The notes: a model not told the origin generated them from the sequence alone. DNA of 56,369 bases, filler included, from Jimgerdemannia flammicorona (GCA_003990765.1; 3 parts of 3 records of this genome joined end to end with filler, not necessarily neighbours in it); one strand, 5' to 3'; numbered from the whole stretch's first letter, positions 12,626-25,200 are shown. Translations and numbers: made by a program.

Positions 12626-13126
12626 TTAATGCTGACCAGTGCCTCGACCTTATCGCGCAAATTTGCGCACTCGGTGTCAAGCTGATGCGCAAAACCGAGC
12701 CTTCACTGTGCAAAGATATATATAAACCATAATATGCTATATGTCACGAATTCAATTTGAATATATGCTTGAACAGCTCCCACTCTCTCTTCAATTCTTC
12801 TCCGTCCAGCAGCCGATCTCCATTGCCGCGCGCATTGCCATAGTAAAAAGCATGTCATAGAACCAAAAGGAGCATAGCAAATTTGCGCACTGTTCTGTCT
12901 TGGGGTGCGCAAAAGTAGAAGGTTGTGCGCATTTCTGAGCACTCTGCACATAGATTTTTGGCACTGATGTTGACCCACGTTCCCCCAGATGTGCCTACGT
13001 CACCGCACTGCCAAAGTTGCCCTGAAGTATATACTATGTCACGGTTCCACCTGCAGGCGGCCTTGTTACGGAGGGGCGGGGAGGCTGAATAAGTAAAATC
13101 TCAGCAGATCCCGATCCAGCAGACTT

Positions 13127-13197
13127 TCCTCAATGGTCTAGTGGTCTCTAATCGCTGATAGTAAAAGGAGCGGGCGTTCGATTCCTTAGCATGAAAA
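13127..13197 (+). other. Degenerate tRNA-like / Pol III type-2 promoter (A and B boxes)
   Basis: TGGTCTAGTGG (13134-13144) and GTTCGATTCC (13176-13185) at tRNA-like spacing, followed by an A-run; stems pair poorly. Confidence 0.35.
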
Positions 13198-13796
13198 AAA
13201 AACCTCTTTTGTACCGCCACCACAGTGCGGTTGAGAGGACCAACGTATAGAATTTATCGCTGCCGTGTTGAAAGCTAGGTGAAAAAATCTCGTATGAGAT
13301 AGGAGGCACATTTTATATCAGAGTATCTTTTGAAAAATACTGCTGCCAGTACTATTAATAGCTGTTAGACCTATTTCACCAAGCCTGGTTGCTTGACCAT
13401 TCCTGGGATCGTCTGTCGATTCACTACTCGATCCCTTCCTTCAACCACCCCAGACCCGGAAGGTCGGGACGCTGTGCAAAATCGCCCTGGACTTGATGTG
13501 TCGTCACAGCAATCTAGGGTGAAACCATACAACTCGGTCGCAACCCATTGTTCTCCAAATTGTATTGTTTGTATTGTATCGATTGTACAATAACACAATT
13601 GGCCCTCTCGCCTGCGCATTCCCCGCGGCGAGCTCGGTCTGGGAAGCACGTTCCCATCTCCAAACACGTCGCTCACATGATGGTTCGGACATTATACATT
13701 TCATCATTAGACATTGATTGATATTGAGGTAGAACTGGCGCACAGCCGTTGTAAAAGATAAACTGGCATACGACTATCCCTATGTAAATATATAAT

Positions 13797-15982
13797 ATGA
13801 AACTAGTTTACATCAAGTCCACTATGGAACCAAAAAACTATAGTACCATCAGAAGCATTTTGAAACAAGAACAAGGCGAGAAAATTGCTCTGTATGTTTT
13901 CAAAGTATCTGACACCAAAGCTATTCAAGAATACTTGGATAAAGAGAGAATTACCTACGAAATTTACCAACAACTATATGTCAATTCTAATAATAGCATA
14001 AATAACACTCATCAAGAAGATATTTCTGGATGAAGCCAACAAGAATTGAATTCTAAGAAGTGAGAATTAGTAACATCCCAAGAGCCTAGGAAAAAAAGAA
14101 AAACCTCTGACAAGTAGAATATTACAGGTATAATATAGGAGAATTCCTATGTATATTCTTTAATATGCTCTGTGGAAGAAATTTTACAAAATCAGACAAA
14201 CTGTGCATAATATATATATAAAATATATATATATAGTAGATGACATAATTGTGAACGAATACAAAAAAGCTCTCCATTTCCTGGAAGCGGGATGTGGTTG
14301 CAGTTGCTTGACTAAGATGCCCAAAGAAGAATTTGCCAAACTGCGGGAAGATTTTCAAGCGCTAACAAAACCCAAACAAGATATCTTTTTAATGGCCCAA
14401 CTCAAGACCATGGATGGAGGAGTGACCAATACTAGCTGTTATCTTAAAAAGAAAGCTCGCGTCAATAAGAGAACTGTCTACTGCTGAAATCATAGCACTC
14501 CGATTTGCCAAAAAACTTACCTCAATATACTTGGCATTGGCTGCAATTATATATTTTGAAAACATTCGAAATTATTTATTAAAGAATGGTCTTCTACCAC
14601 AGGTCCATGGTAATATAAAAAGAATGTCACAGTGAAAATCCAGGATGGTTATCAATATTAATGTTGCTACTGCTGTCAAGAATTTTTTGCTAAATTATGC
14701 CAAAGTTCACAGCTTACCTAGCCCAGTAAGAAATGTTAATCGAGTCACCCTATCAATTATCTTTCTACCAGCAGAAATGAGCTACAGGTCTGTTTACTGG
14801 GATTTTTTAGTTAGCTTAGAAGAAGATAGCACTCTATACGTACTCAAATATGATACCTTCTGTAAATTATAGTACCAGTTAACCCTGTATATTCAAATCA
14901 TGAGTCCGAGGACCAATTTATGTGATACTTGCCAGCATTTGTGAAATGACTTACAGTTCAAAGCTCATAAAGAGGAAGAGGCCCAAGATTTATTAAAGAA
15001 ATATAAAGAGCATCTGGCCAAAGCCAAACTAGAGAGAAATTATTATAACAGGAATACCAAGCTAGCAGAAGAGCAAAGAAAACTCATTGACCAAAATTAT
15101 TCTATACTAAAAGACAAAGCACCATACTGTAGCATTGATGCAGTGGCCCATTACAGTTATGATTGAGCTCAAAATATCCATGTGCCTCATTCAGATCAAT
15201 AGATCAGCAAGGTGTATTATCTTAGTACTTGTAAAGTGCACTTATTCGGTATCCAAGATGAAGTGGTCTGAGAGCAAATTAATTATATGCTAAATGAGAA
15301 TGAACTCCTCAGGAAAGGTCTGAATAGTACACTTAGTCTGGTCTTTGATGGGATTAAGCAGTTGAATAAAGGTGAAAAGCACTTAAAAATCACTTGTGAC
15401 AATGTGGGTATACAAAACAAAAACAATATCACTCTTTGGTTTTACTTATATTTGGTAATAAGTGGTTATTATGAAAGTATTGAATTGAACTTCATGGTTC
15501 CAGGCCATACCAAATTTAAGTGTGATGGTAGCTTCAGATTAATTAAAAGGCTTTATCGCAAGACTACAGTAGATTGTGTAGATCATGTCATTAACGTGGT
15601 AAAAAGGTCTAGCCTCACCGGACTAAATAAAGCTCGACATTATAATAGTAATGAAGGGTTTCAATATTATAACATCATAAGCAGCCTAGAAATTTATTTT
15701 AAAAAATTGCCTGGCATGCAAAAGTTTCAGCACTTTTTTTTCACCAGTGCTAATCCTGGAATAATCAAAGTCCAAGTAGTCGCAAATGGTCCTTTCTAGG
15801 AATTCAAGTTATTGAAGACTAAATCTGCAATTTCTCGACTTATAGAAAAAATCAAAGCTTTGTCATTTTCAGTACTTAAATCTGTTTCTATGGAATTAAA
15901 ACACCAGGAGTATCTCTATCACAATATTCACCCCTTTGTTTGAGATGAATTTAAAGATATTACTTGTCCCAAGCCAGCATAG
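13797..15982 (+). pseudogene. Sola-type DDE transposase, disrupted
   Basis: GCGCSC, PICQKTYLNILGI, PQVHGN, LPSP, LCDTCQ, HYSYD*AQN, CDNVGIQNKNN, FMVPGHTKFKCDGSF, ending DITCPKPA; stops and frameshifts including an (AT)n expansion near 14210. Confidence 0.85.
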
Positions 15983-16000
15983 AATGTCATTGAGTAATAA

Positions 16001-17667
16001 TTAACTTTTATTTCTTTTCTCTTTAACTAATAAGTAAATAGATATTCTAGCAATAATGGTTGAAACTAATCCTAAACTTATTTAAGGAGTTCAATTAAAT
16101 TGTTTTTCACTAGCTATTTAGACTTCTAGTCTAGCTAATTCTGCTCTTTTGTTTGCTAATTCTTGATTTTCAGTTTCAGTTTCAGTTCGATTGGTAATTC
16201 TTTCTAATTCTTTAATATTCTTTTCTAGTACTAGTTTAGCAGCTTCTTTTTCAGCCTCTTTTATTTTCTCAGGATGGTTTCTTCTTCATTCTTTCTAGGC
16301 TTCTTCTTTTTGTTCTAAATAATTTGGATCATTTTTTCATTCTGCATAATATATTTGGGAATCTCTTATTTTTAATGCCATTCTTTCATTTTCCATTGAA
16401 TCCACTAATTTACCTTTTTTAATTGGTCTATACTGTCTTCATCATTTGCACTACATGAATCTAGGAAATAGATTTACCATGAATTTAGAGTCTGGGTAAC
16501 TTTTTACATAATCAGGAATAACATTTAGTTCTTTTTTTCATGTTCTATAGGCTGATTCTCCAATTTGAGCTTTGATAGCAAAGTCATGACAATCTAAGGT
16601 ATTTTCACATTTTTCTATTAATTCTCGCAAGATATTATAAAGTTGAGATCAAGTTTCTTGATCAATGATATTGATATTATTGGGCAATTTCTCTTTCCTA
16701 GAGATAGCTATTATTCCAATTTCTTCATATAATCTAGCAACCAATTTGTCAGTTTGAGTAATAATTTTAGCTTGATTAGGTGGTAAAGCTTTTCGAATTT
16801 TCTTGGCTATTTTGGGGGTAGCTGGACTACCCATAATTCCACCTATTTCTCCTCAATCTTCTTGGTATTTAGGAATTACTCGCTTGTAAAAATGGGGTGA
16901 GTTTTGGTTCCCAAGTTGACCAATAGGGACACTAATAAGAAAACCAATTATTTTGTTAACTTGTTCTATTTTGCTAATTGTGTCTTTAAGTATGGGCAAG
17001 ATATCAGCTCATTCTTGCCAAGTTATCTCTCTGAGGTTTTTGGCATAGCATTTGGTAGAAATTGCTGAATGAGCTTTAGAGTTGGACCTTAAAACTGTAT
17101 CAGAATATACAGTTCCTCCTAAGTCACTAATTCATAACTTACTTTTTCCTTCTTCATGTACTTGAATATTATCACACATATGACAAACTAGTTCACTTTC
17201 TTCAGCATTTTTAGAGCAAATATAACTGGCAGTGTTATCTGGTTTTCAAGAAAAATGTTTATTTTACTCTCCACTTTTGATTTGTTGGTGACAATTCTGG
17301 CATTGGGAACATTTATGTCCCCGGCTGTCTTCATAAGCAGTGACATCTCAATCCAACATAATTCAGCATTGATTGCAACAGATGGTTATTTGATCTCATC
17401 TACCACTGCCTTTTTGATTAATAGTTCTATACCAAAAAGGTCAATCAAAATTTTCTTTATTTTTAGCCTTTTGCAAAGCTTGATTAAAAATCTTGATTTT
17501 ATTTCTCTCTCAATCTTTATTAGTATTGTTATCTAACTCTTTTTGCAGAAGAGTTTTGGTATATCCTCAATAACAAAACTCAATTCTTTCTTTTTCTTCT
17601 TGATCTCATCAATTGATAGTTAATCCTTCTTTTCTATTATTATAATTAAAACATTCTTTTTAGTCAT
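16001..17667 (-). pseudogene. ~555-codon gene in genetic code 4 (TGA=Trp); Mollicutes-endobacterium-like protein with Cys-rich N-terminus, coiled coil and C-terminal membrane anchor
   Basis: One frame over ~1.65 kb with 19 TGA, 2 TGG and only 5 internal TAA/TAG, each a single transition from a sense codon; no introns; ends ELANKRAELARLE..FNWTP*ISLGLVSTIIARISIYLLVKEKRNKS; the ATG at 17667 needs a 1-nt shift in an A-run. Confidence 0.8.
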
Positions 17668-17797
17668 AATATTTTTTTTATAAAAAAAAAAAAAAAAAGC
17701 TTCAATAATTAAAGAAATTAAAGAAGTGGAGAGAGTGTGGGGAAGAATAATAAAAAATTTACAGACAAAGCGAAAGTAAAGAAAACATGATACCTGA

Positions 17798-17843
17798 GTG
17801 ATGTCAAATGTTCACTTTGTCTGGTTTTATTGCAGCATGCCCC
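17798..17843 (-). repeat. Right TIR of the Sola-like element
   Basis: Reverse complement of 8584-8629, followed by ATAT (17844-17847). Confidence 0.9.
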
Positions 17844-18243
17844 ATATTACATATAGTTAACTATGATGTCACATGATATTAAAGGTAAATAAATAATGTA
17901 TTATATGTCCATAACTTCTTTTCTCCATACAGCAAGCATACCTCTTATAAAAAGCTTTGTATCTCTTTTCATTCCAGTTCTCTCTCAATATTACATATTG
18001 GATAGCTATATTAATATATTTCTCTATACCAGTGACCTTACTCTCTTGTTGAATTACTGGTGACCTTACCCTCTCGTTGAATACTACTGTTTACTGTATT
18101 GTACATAGAAACTGACTGTGCTATAACATGCAGTACTGCTGCCTTACAGATTTGTTATTTATTCTAATACATAATTCCTTTTATATATATTATCTGAATT
18201 CTATCTATTATTTATTCTATCAGATATATGGGTTGGTCACAAT

Positions 18244-18724
18244 TAGTGCTCTGCAAACCTGACCCGATTAACCTGAAACCCAACCCATAAAACAGCCAAC
18301 CCGGAATTAGACGTCACCCGTCTTTAACCCAACCCGGAATAATATGTCACCTGTCTTTAACCCGACCCGGAATAATATGTCACCCGTCTTTAACCCGACC
18401 CGGAATTTTACGTCACCCATCTTTAACCCGACCTGGAAACGTATGTCACCCGTCTTTAACCTGACCCAGAATTATACGTAACCCGTCTTTAACCCAACCC
18501 GAGAAATATACGTGACCCAATCCGAGAAATATACGTGACCCGACCTGAGAAATATATGTGACCCGACCCTGACCCATATTTAACCCGACACAGACCCGTC
18601 TTTAATCCGCCTTTAAGCTACAAGGCACCAAAAAAAATATATTGCACATCTAAGATATATATTTAGAATAAACAAACAGAAACATAATTAGGAATCAGAA
18701 ATCAAAATGAAATCGGAAATAAAT
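18244..18724 (+). mobile_element. End of a hAT-like element with ~32-bp subterminal tandem repeats, cut by the contig end
   Basis: Starts TAGTGCTCTGCAAACCTGACC, similar to the MITE terminus TAGAGCATTGCAAACCTGACC; repeats AACCCGACCCGGAATAATATGTCACCCGTCTTT. Confidence 0.65.
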
Positions 18725-18824
18725 NNNNNNNNNNNNNNNNNNNNNNNNNNNNNNNNNNNNNNNNNNNNTTAATTAATTAANNNNNNNNNNNNNNNNNNNN
18801 NNNNNNNNNNNNNNNNNNNNNNNN
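18725..18824. other. Artificial contig spacer
   Basis: 44 N + TTAATTAATTAA (stops in six frames) + 44 N. Confidence 0.97.
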
Positions 18825-19868
18825 CCCCCCTCTATCTCTACCCAACAAAAGACCACTTTGTCCAACAATATCTCTACCCTCCCACTACTCTGTTCACAGA
18901 TCCTTGCCACTAAGCCATGACATCACCCTCCCTGAGAACCCCAACCCACCTACTATCCAGTCAGCAGATCTCCCAACAACTCCTCCCACTATAATATCTT
19001 CTCCTATAGTCCCATCTGCTGCCCCTTCTCGAATATAAAAAGCCAATATCCAGTCAAGCCCACTCACACTGCTAACACCCAACCCATAGTGAGCCAACTA
19101 TCACCTATACCACCCACTAGCTGAGACCTCAAGTCCTTCCAGTGGCCTCCCTCACCTACTAGCCTTTGCTCTATACCCAGCATATTCTTGATTTCTACCC
19201 AAAAGTCCCCCAATACTTCACACTCTCCCAGCCAGTGTTCCAGTATCTGTACAAGCCCCCCAGCTTGCTCAACATTATAACACTCCTCACAATCTAAATG
19301 GCCACCATCCACCAGATGCCCAGTGTGGTAATTCAACATGATATTCCTCTGCAGCATTTGCTACCATACCACCCAGAACTTGGGAGGAAGCCACCTCTGC
19401 ACCTCAGCACTCCATGACCAGATATCTGCCCAGTCCCACTCCTCGCCAATCCCTGCCACCTGCCAGCCACTTGGCCAAAGATCTTGGCCAAGACCCTGCT
19501 GACACTCCACTCCATCTTCAATATCAAACTCAGCAAAGAAAGCACCCCCCAGAAGTAGCCTATCCCATCACTACATACTGGGACCCCACATCTCCTCTCC
19601 CTCATTGCCTTGCTAGCACAGGCCAATATGGTATACTTCATCTACCATCCTCCACCAGAAGCTCTTAAACTACAGGCACTGAGTACTATTCAGCCCCACC
19701 AAAGAAAGCAGATCTCCTGAGGACCCTCGAGGGGAGGTCCTCATCTTCCACACCTTTTGCATCAGAGACACCCACCTCTATCTCTACAGTTCAGCAGCTC
19801 TCTTCAGCCACCAGGCTCACAGGCAGTGCAACCTCTTAGGGAGATCCATAAGACCAAGACCTCCCCTG
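18825..19868 (-). mobile_element. 5'-truncated L1/Tx1-like LINE copy (ORF2 C-terminal part)
   Basis: Reverse-complement similarity to ~24805-25850 (NYHTGHLVDGGHLDCEECYNV..EHWLGEC; ends GKDL*). Confidence 0.85.
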
Positions 19869-20215
19869 AATATAGTCATGTAGTATAAGTATAATCAGAT
19901 ATATCAAGAGATCATCTGACTGCTGAGTCAGTTCACAGTCATGTTGCATGAGGCTAATCTAACTATATATACTAATGACTGCTAAGCTATTTATAGATTT
20001 AGATACTGTCTGAGTAGTCTTCAATAATATCACTATTGATGACATTATCTCTGATGAAGTAGTCATCTAGGAAGAGGGGTTTGCAGATTACTTCTCCCTA
20101 TTCACTGAGATAATAATATATCGGGTTCTCACACACCTTTCACTGGTAACATTCAGGTGACACAAGACTCAGGCAATACTTTCAACAATGTTTTTGATGA
20201 AAGGCGACTAGCAAT

Positions 20216-22260
20216 ATGGAGAGCAATGACCATACAGGTGTATATACTAGGTCAGGGGGATCTAGGGCCTTTGACTGGCAGCAGGTGGGAAGGGGTTATG
20301 GTCTGGAGATGGGGGCCTTCGGAGGACCAAAGAATGGTGAAGGCTCTGGAGGAGGACTAGTGTCCAGTGGCAATGGGGGAAGATCTGATCTTCCGAGCTT
20401 CACAGACAAGGTTAAGGAGAGTGGGTGGCTGGCTGGTAATAGGGCTGGTGCTGCTGAGGGGAAGGGCAAGATGAGCCTTGGGAGGGGGGGCAGTGCTCTA
20501 GCTGAGAGTATAGGTGTAGAGGCTGGCGGTCTGTGGCTGGGGGTGTGACTGTTGATGGGAGTGTAATGGGGAATCAGGGAAGAAAAGGAGATGTGACAGC
20601 TGATGGCCAGGTGGGGTAGGGGTTCCCAATGTGGAAGGGGGATCTGGCAGATGGTATAATGGGGCTGGTGGTAACCCCATTGCTCAAGAAGTCGATCTCG
20701 GAGTTTGTGGTGACCTTGTGCTTCCAGGGCTTGGCAGTGATAGCGAGGATGGTTCTGGGGCTTGTTTCGAAGCAGGTAGCTGGGGTGGCCTCAGTGAAGT
20801 TCTTGAAGGGTCTGGAGGGAGTCAAGGTGGGCTTTGAGGAGGCTGGTCTACTGGATGAGGCACTGAAGACTAGAGTCATGGTTGGGGAGGTAGTGGTCCC
20901 CATAGTGCAGTGCTTGAGATGGAACCCTAGGGTAGTACAGCTTCTGGTGAAGGGGGTGCCCATGATGACTAAGGAGGAGACTAGGAAGAGGGTGGAGGAG
21001 GTGATAATTGAGTATGGTGACATAGTGGACATCAGCTTTCAGGTGTGGGAGGGGATGATGATCAGGATAGGTGATATTGATGTCAGAATTCAGCTGGTGG
21101 GAAAGGAGGCCACGGGGAAGGCAAGTGACTGGCCTTCTGTGCTGATGTGGGGGGCATTCGTCTGTAAGGTGTCAAGGGTGAAGGGGAGTGAGGAGGAGGA
21201 GAAGGACTTGTTGGAGGTGCTGGAGGAGATGAGTGGAGCTGTGGAGAGGAGGGCAAGGGTCTGAAAGTGTATGAGGAGTCAATACATTTGGAGGTTGTGG
21301 AGGGGAAGTATATCCACATAGACAAGGGGCAGTGGGAGCTGGCACAGGGGTGCAGGAGGCAGAGGGAGCTACTGGCGAGTATGACAGTCAAGGCGAAGAA
21401 GAAGGCAGTTGGGGCTAAGATGTCTGGAGGTATCAAAGCCAGTATCTGGGCTAGTAAAGGAGTAGGGGAGGTAGAGGTAGGCAAGGAAGAAGATGGGAAG
21501 GTGCTGAGCAAGAACCCTTTTGCTGATGGTACCTTCGAGGTCTGGGAGCTGGAATTGGACTCCACTCCCCCCCCTCTGATCAGGAGGGGCCCAGCTGCAA
21601 AGAGAAGGATGTCAGAGGATGTGCTGATGAAGGGGGCCCAGTGAGTGTGTTTTGGGATTCCTGATGTAGCAAAAGGGGGCCAGGTGGTGGCAGCTGGCGA
21701 GGATGAACTGGTGGATGTCCCTGAGAAGGAGTGGGATGAGGCTGCCAGTGTGGGTGCTGACACCACAATGTTGGATGCGGGATGGCCAGGGACTCCAGGA
21801 GGAAAAGAGGTAGGAAACTTGCTGTGGATGAGCAAGGTGATGGATAACCTCACAGCTGATGCATTGGGTGAAGTGGACCTGCAGGTTATGTCTGAGGAGC
21901 ACTGGGAGCGGAATCTGCATAGTGAGGGAGTGATGGAGGCACTGAAGGGGGAGATTCTCATGATCCTCTTGAAGAAGGAGGGATATGAGGTCAATGAGGT
22001 GAGGAAGGCTGAGCTGGTGGTGATTGCAGATGAGCAGGCAACTTACTGCTGGGCTGAGTGGCATAGTTTGCAGCTCTGGAGGGAGGCCTGTCTGAAGTAT
22101 TGAGAGGAATTTGAGGAGAGGGAAGATGAGGCGATAGTAGAACTTCTGGGAGGATTAGAGGCATGGGAAGCTGGGGAATGAGAACTAGCTACTGAACGTG
22201 AATTGGACTTGGTGCAGGAGGAGTTGAATGTGGACTTGTAGAGGATGGGATCACTTTTTA
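20216..22260 (+). pseudogene. LINE ORF1 (RRM-like region), disrupted
   Basis: Collinear ORF fragments (LLVKGVPM..EYGDIVDISF); N-terminus homologous to the ORF starting at 37934 on the minus strand. Confidence 0.7.
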
Positions 22261-22272
22261 GTATTATTCCTT

Positions 22273-25200
22273 ATGAACAGTACAACTAACATTTTCTCTT
22301 TGAATGTAAATGGGTTGAGAGAGTCTGGATGGCATAAGAACATTTTACTTGGCTCAAGGGATTGGAGGCTGATCTCTTTTTACTACAGGATGTTTGGTGT
22401 GAGGATGAGGATGATCGGGTGGAGTGGACTAGGGAATGGGGCAGGGCTACTGCTTGGTTTGGAAAAGTGGTGATTCTGGTGAGGAAGGGTAGAGGTGACT
22501 TGGAGGGCATCAGGAGCTGGAGTGACTGTTTGGTCTGGGGAGATTGGCAGCAGCCAGGGTGGGAGTTGGTGAGGATTGGCTCTTGCTACTGCCCTGTAGT
22601 GAGGGGTGAGAGGATTGCATGGATTGAGGAGCTACTGGAGGAGGGTGTTCTCTTAGAAGAAGGGGTTGATGTGATTGAGGGGGACTTTAATATGGTTTGG
22701 GATCAGCATCTGGACTGCACTGATGGTGGGAGGAGTGCAGAAGGGAGAAGTGGAGGCCTGGATGCTTGGGAGGAGGTAGAGAGGCTGAGCTCCTTAGGGG
22801 ATATGAGTAGAATATAATGGGGTGACTCCAGGGTCTACACACATTGGGTGAATGGCTTGGGTACAAGAATTGACTGGATTCTGATGGCAGAATGCTGGGG
22901 ATCTGATGTCTGGAGGGTATTGGAGGTGGAATGGTGCCCATGGTCTGATCACTGAGGACTGTTGGGACAGGGGCAGTTTGGAGGGAGTGGAGATAGACCT
23001 GGACATTGGCGCCTCAACTCCTCCCTGCTGACTGAGAAGGAGTTGTGGGATCTGTGGGTAGAGGACATTCAGGCAAAAGTTTCTCACTGGAGGTGTGAGG
23101 GTTTGTCAGTGGGCATCTGGTGGATGAGATTGAAAGAGGCTGCAAGGGTCTATTGGGGAGAGGCTGGGAGAGAAGCTAGGAGAAGAAGAAGGAAGTACAC
23201 AAGATGTGCTTCCAGCAGGCTGAGGAGATTGCAAATGGATTGGGCAGATTTGCTTACTTCTGATGGGGTGGAAGATTGGAGGTTAGCATGGATTAAATTG
23301 GAGATATTGGAACTGCAACAGGTGCTGAGAGAAGAGGAGGAGGTGCATATGTGAGGTATGGCTGCTAGGCTATGGTGGCAGGGGCTTGAGGAGAGTGAGC
23401 AGCCTACTAGATATTTATCCCATCTGCTCAATGCTAGGAGGGTGAGACATTGGTGGGATGGAGCCCTCAATGCTGATGGGGATATGGTACATGGTATGTA
23501 ACAAATCCTAGGGGTTTTGAAAGAGAGATGGCAGGGTTTGTAGAGTGAGGATGAAGGGGGTGCTGATGAGGCAGCTATTGGAGATGCATTGGGGGAATAG
23601 AGGCCACCGCAAGTGGCTAGACTGGATGACTTGGCCTTGCTGGTGCAAGGTGAGGAGGTCCAGAGTGTCCTTGCGGCAACTAAATCTGGAACAGCACCAG
23701 GGGAGGATGGGCTACTGTGGGACTTCTGGAAGAAGATGGTCAAGGTCTCTAGCATTCTGGAAGAGATGACTGCTCTCTGTGATCATATTCTTCAGAGTGG
23801 TGAGTGGGTTGGAGAGCAGGACCTCAGGCTGGTGGCTTTATTGTACAAAGACAAGGGGAGGAGAGAAGACTGGAAGAACTGGCGGCTGATCATGCTTTTG
23901 GACATAGACAGGAAGATGGTAACTAAGGTAGTTGTTGCAAGGCTACAGAAGGTTGCCCAACAGGTACTGGGGGAGGAACAGTGGGGCTTTGTTGGAGGCA
24001 GGCTTATTAGAGATGGGACTGCTTGGATGCATGGTGTCATTGAAGGGGCCTGGGCTTGTGGCCTGGATGGAAGGCTGGTCTTTTTGGATCAGGAGAAGGC
24101 CTATGACTGGGTTTGGCAGGTTTGGCTAGGTAAGGTGTTGGATTGTATTGGTGTTCCCTCTGGATTTCGGGCTTCTATGGTGAATCTGCTCAAGGGCAGT
24201 TGGGCAGTGCTGTTGTATAATGGTCACTATAGTCAGGTATTTATCTTAAGAAGAGGGGTTCCTCAGGGAGATCTCTTATCCTCTATTCTTTATGTTCTTT
24301 CTTTGGAGCCATTAATGGATAGGATTTGCCAGAAGGTAGTGGAGCTCTCTATCTATAGCATAGTGTGGAAGGTGGGGGCCTTTGCAGATGATATGGTGGT
24401 TGGCCTTGGGTCTGTGGTAGATGTTGAGACACTTAAGGAGACAGTGAAATGGTATGAGGTCCACTCTGGGGCAAAGCTCAACTGGCATAAGTGTGAGACT
24501 ATAGTGCTAGGGAATGGACTAGTGGGTGGGGATGTCATTGGAACAATTGTCCCTACTAGTAAGGTGATATGGTATCTGGGTATCTTCCTCTCTGTATATG
24601 GTTCTGTCTTGCCATGAGTGTGGTGGGAGAGCAGAGTGGGTATCAATTTTGAATACATACTGGTTCCCCAAGCTGTAGTATGTGGCATACCACCTAGACT
24701 TCCCAGCTTGGGTGGTGAAGAGGCTGACAAAGATGGCTAAGGATTGGATTTGGGCAGAGAGGAGGTCCCAGATCAGTTGGGATACTCTTGTAATACTGGT
24801 GGACAGGGGAGGACTTGGCCTTGTGGATTTCCCTAAGAGGTTGCACTGCTTGCGAGCCTGGTGGCTGAAGAGAGCAGCTGAACTATAGAGAGAGAGTTGG
24901 GTACCTCTGATGTAGAAGGTGTAGGAGATGAGAACCTCCCCCCGAGGGTCCTCAGGTGATCTACTCTCCTTGGTAGGGCTCAATGGAATTCAGCAGCTGC
25001 AATTTAAGGGCTTTTGGTGGGGAGTGGTCGATGGAGCACACCGAATTGGTCTGCACTGGCAAGACAATGAGGGGGAGGTGTTGTGGGGTCCTCATATGTG
25101 GCGATGGAATAGACTGCTTCTGGGGGGTGCTCTACTTGCTACTTTTGACATTGGGGATGGGGTGGAGTATTAGCAGGGCCTTGGCTGGGACCTTTGGCCA

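Larger units (their letters stand above)
8584..17843 (+). mobile_element. Sola (Sola2-like) DNA transposon, 9.26 kb, carrying cargo genes
   Basis: 46-bp TIRs at 8584-8629 and 17798-17843 (3 transition mismatches), GGG termini, 4-bp TSD ATAT on both sides, internal Sola-type transposase. Confidence 0.85.

Noticed and set aside
12610..13025. TGCGCA-rich stretch ending in CCCTG, possibly a MITE
   Set aside because: No matching second terminus or TSD found
14128..14236. Possible GT-AG intron in the Sola transposase
   Set aside because: The sequence reads as coding (ENSYVYSLICSVEEILQNQ) up to an (AT)n expansion that explains the frameshift; no clear branch point or pyrimidine tract
16001..17667. 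Mitochondrial insertion (NUMT) as the source of TGA=Trp
   Set aside because: No recognisable mitochondrial gene, homing endonuclease or plasmid polymerase motifs; disfavoured, but not excluded without a search
13797..17700. Simple contamination by an endobacterial contig
   Set aside because: It lies within TIRs and a TSD shared with a spliceosomal gene and carries host-like transition stops; chimeric assembly still needs a read-level check
18290..18600. CRISPR-like ~32-bp repeats
   Set aside because: No spacers; typical hAT subterminal tandem repeats
21083..23755. Long minus-strand ORFs (303 aa, 201 aa and others)
   Set aside because: Antisense shadows of the G-rich LINE coding strand
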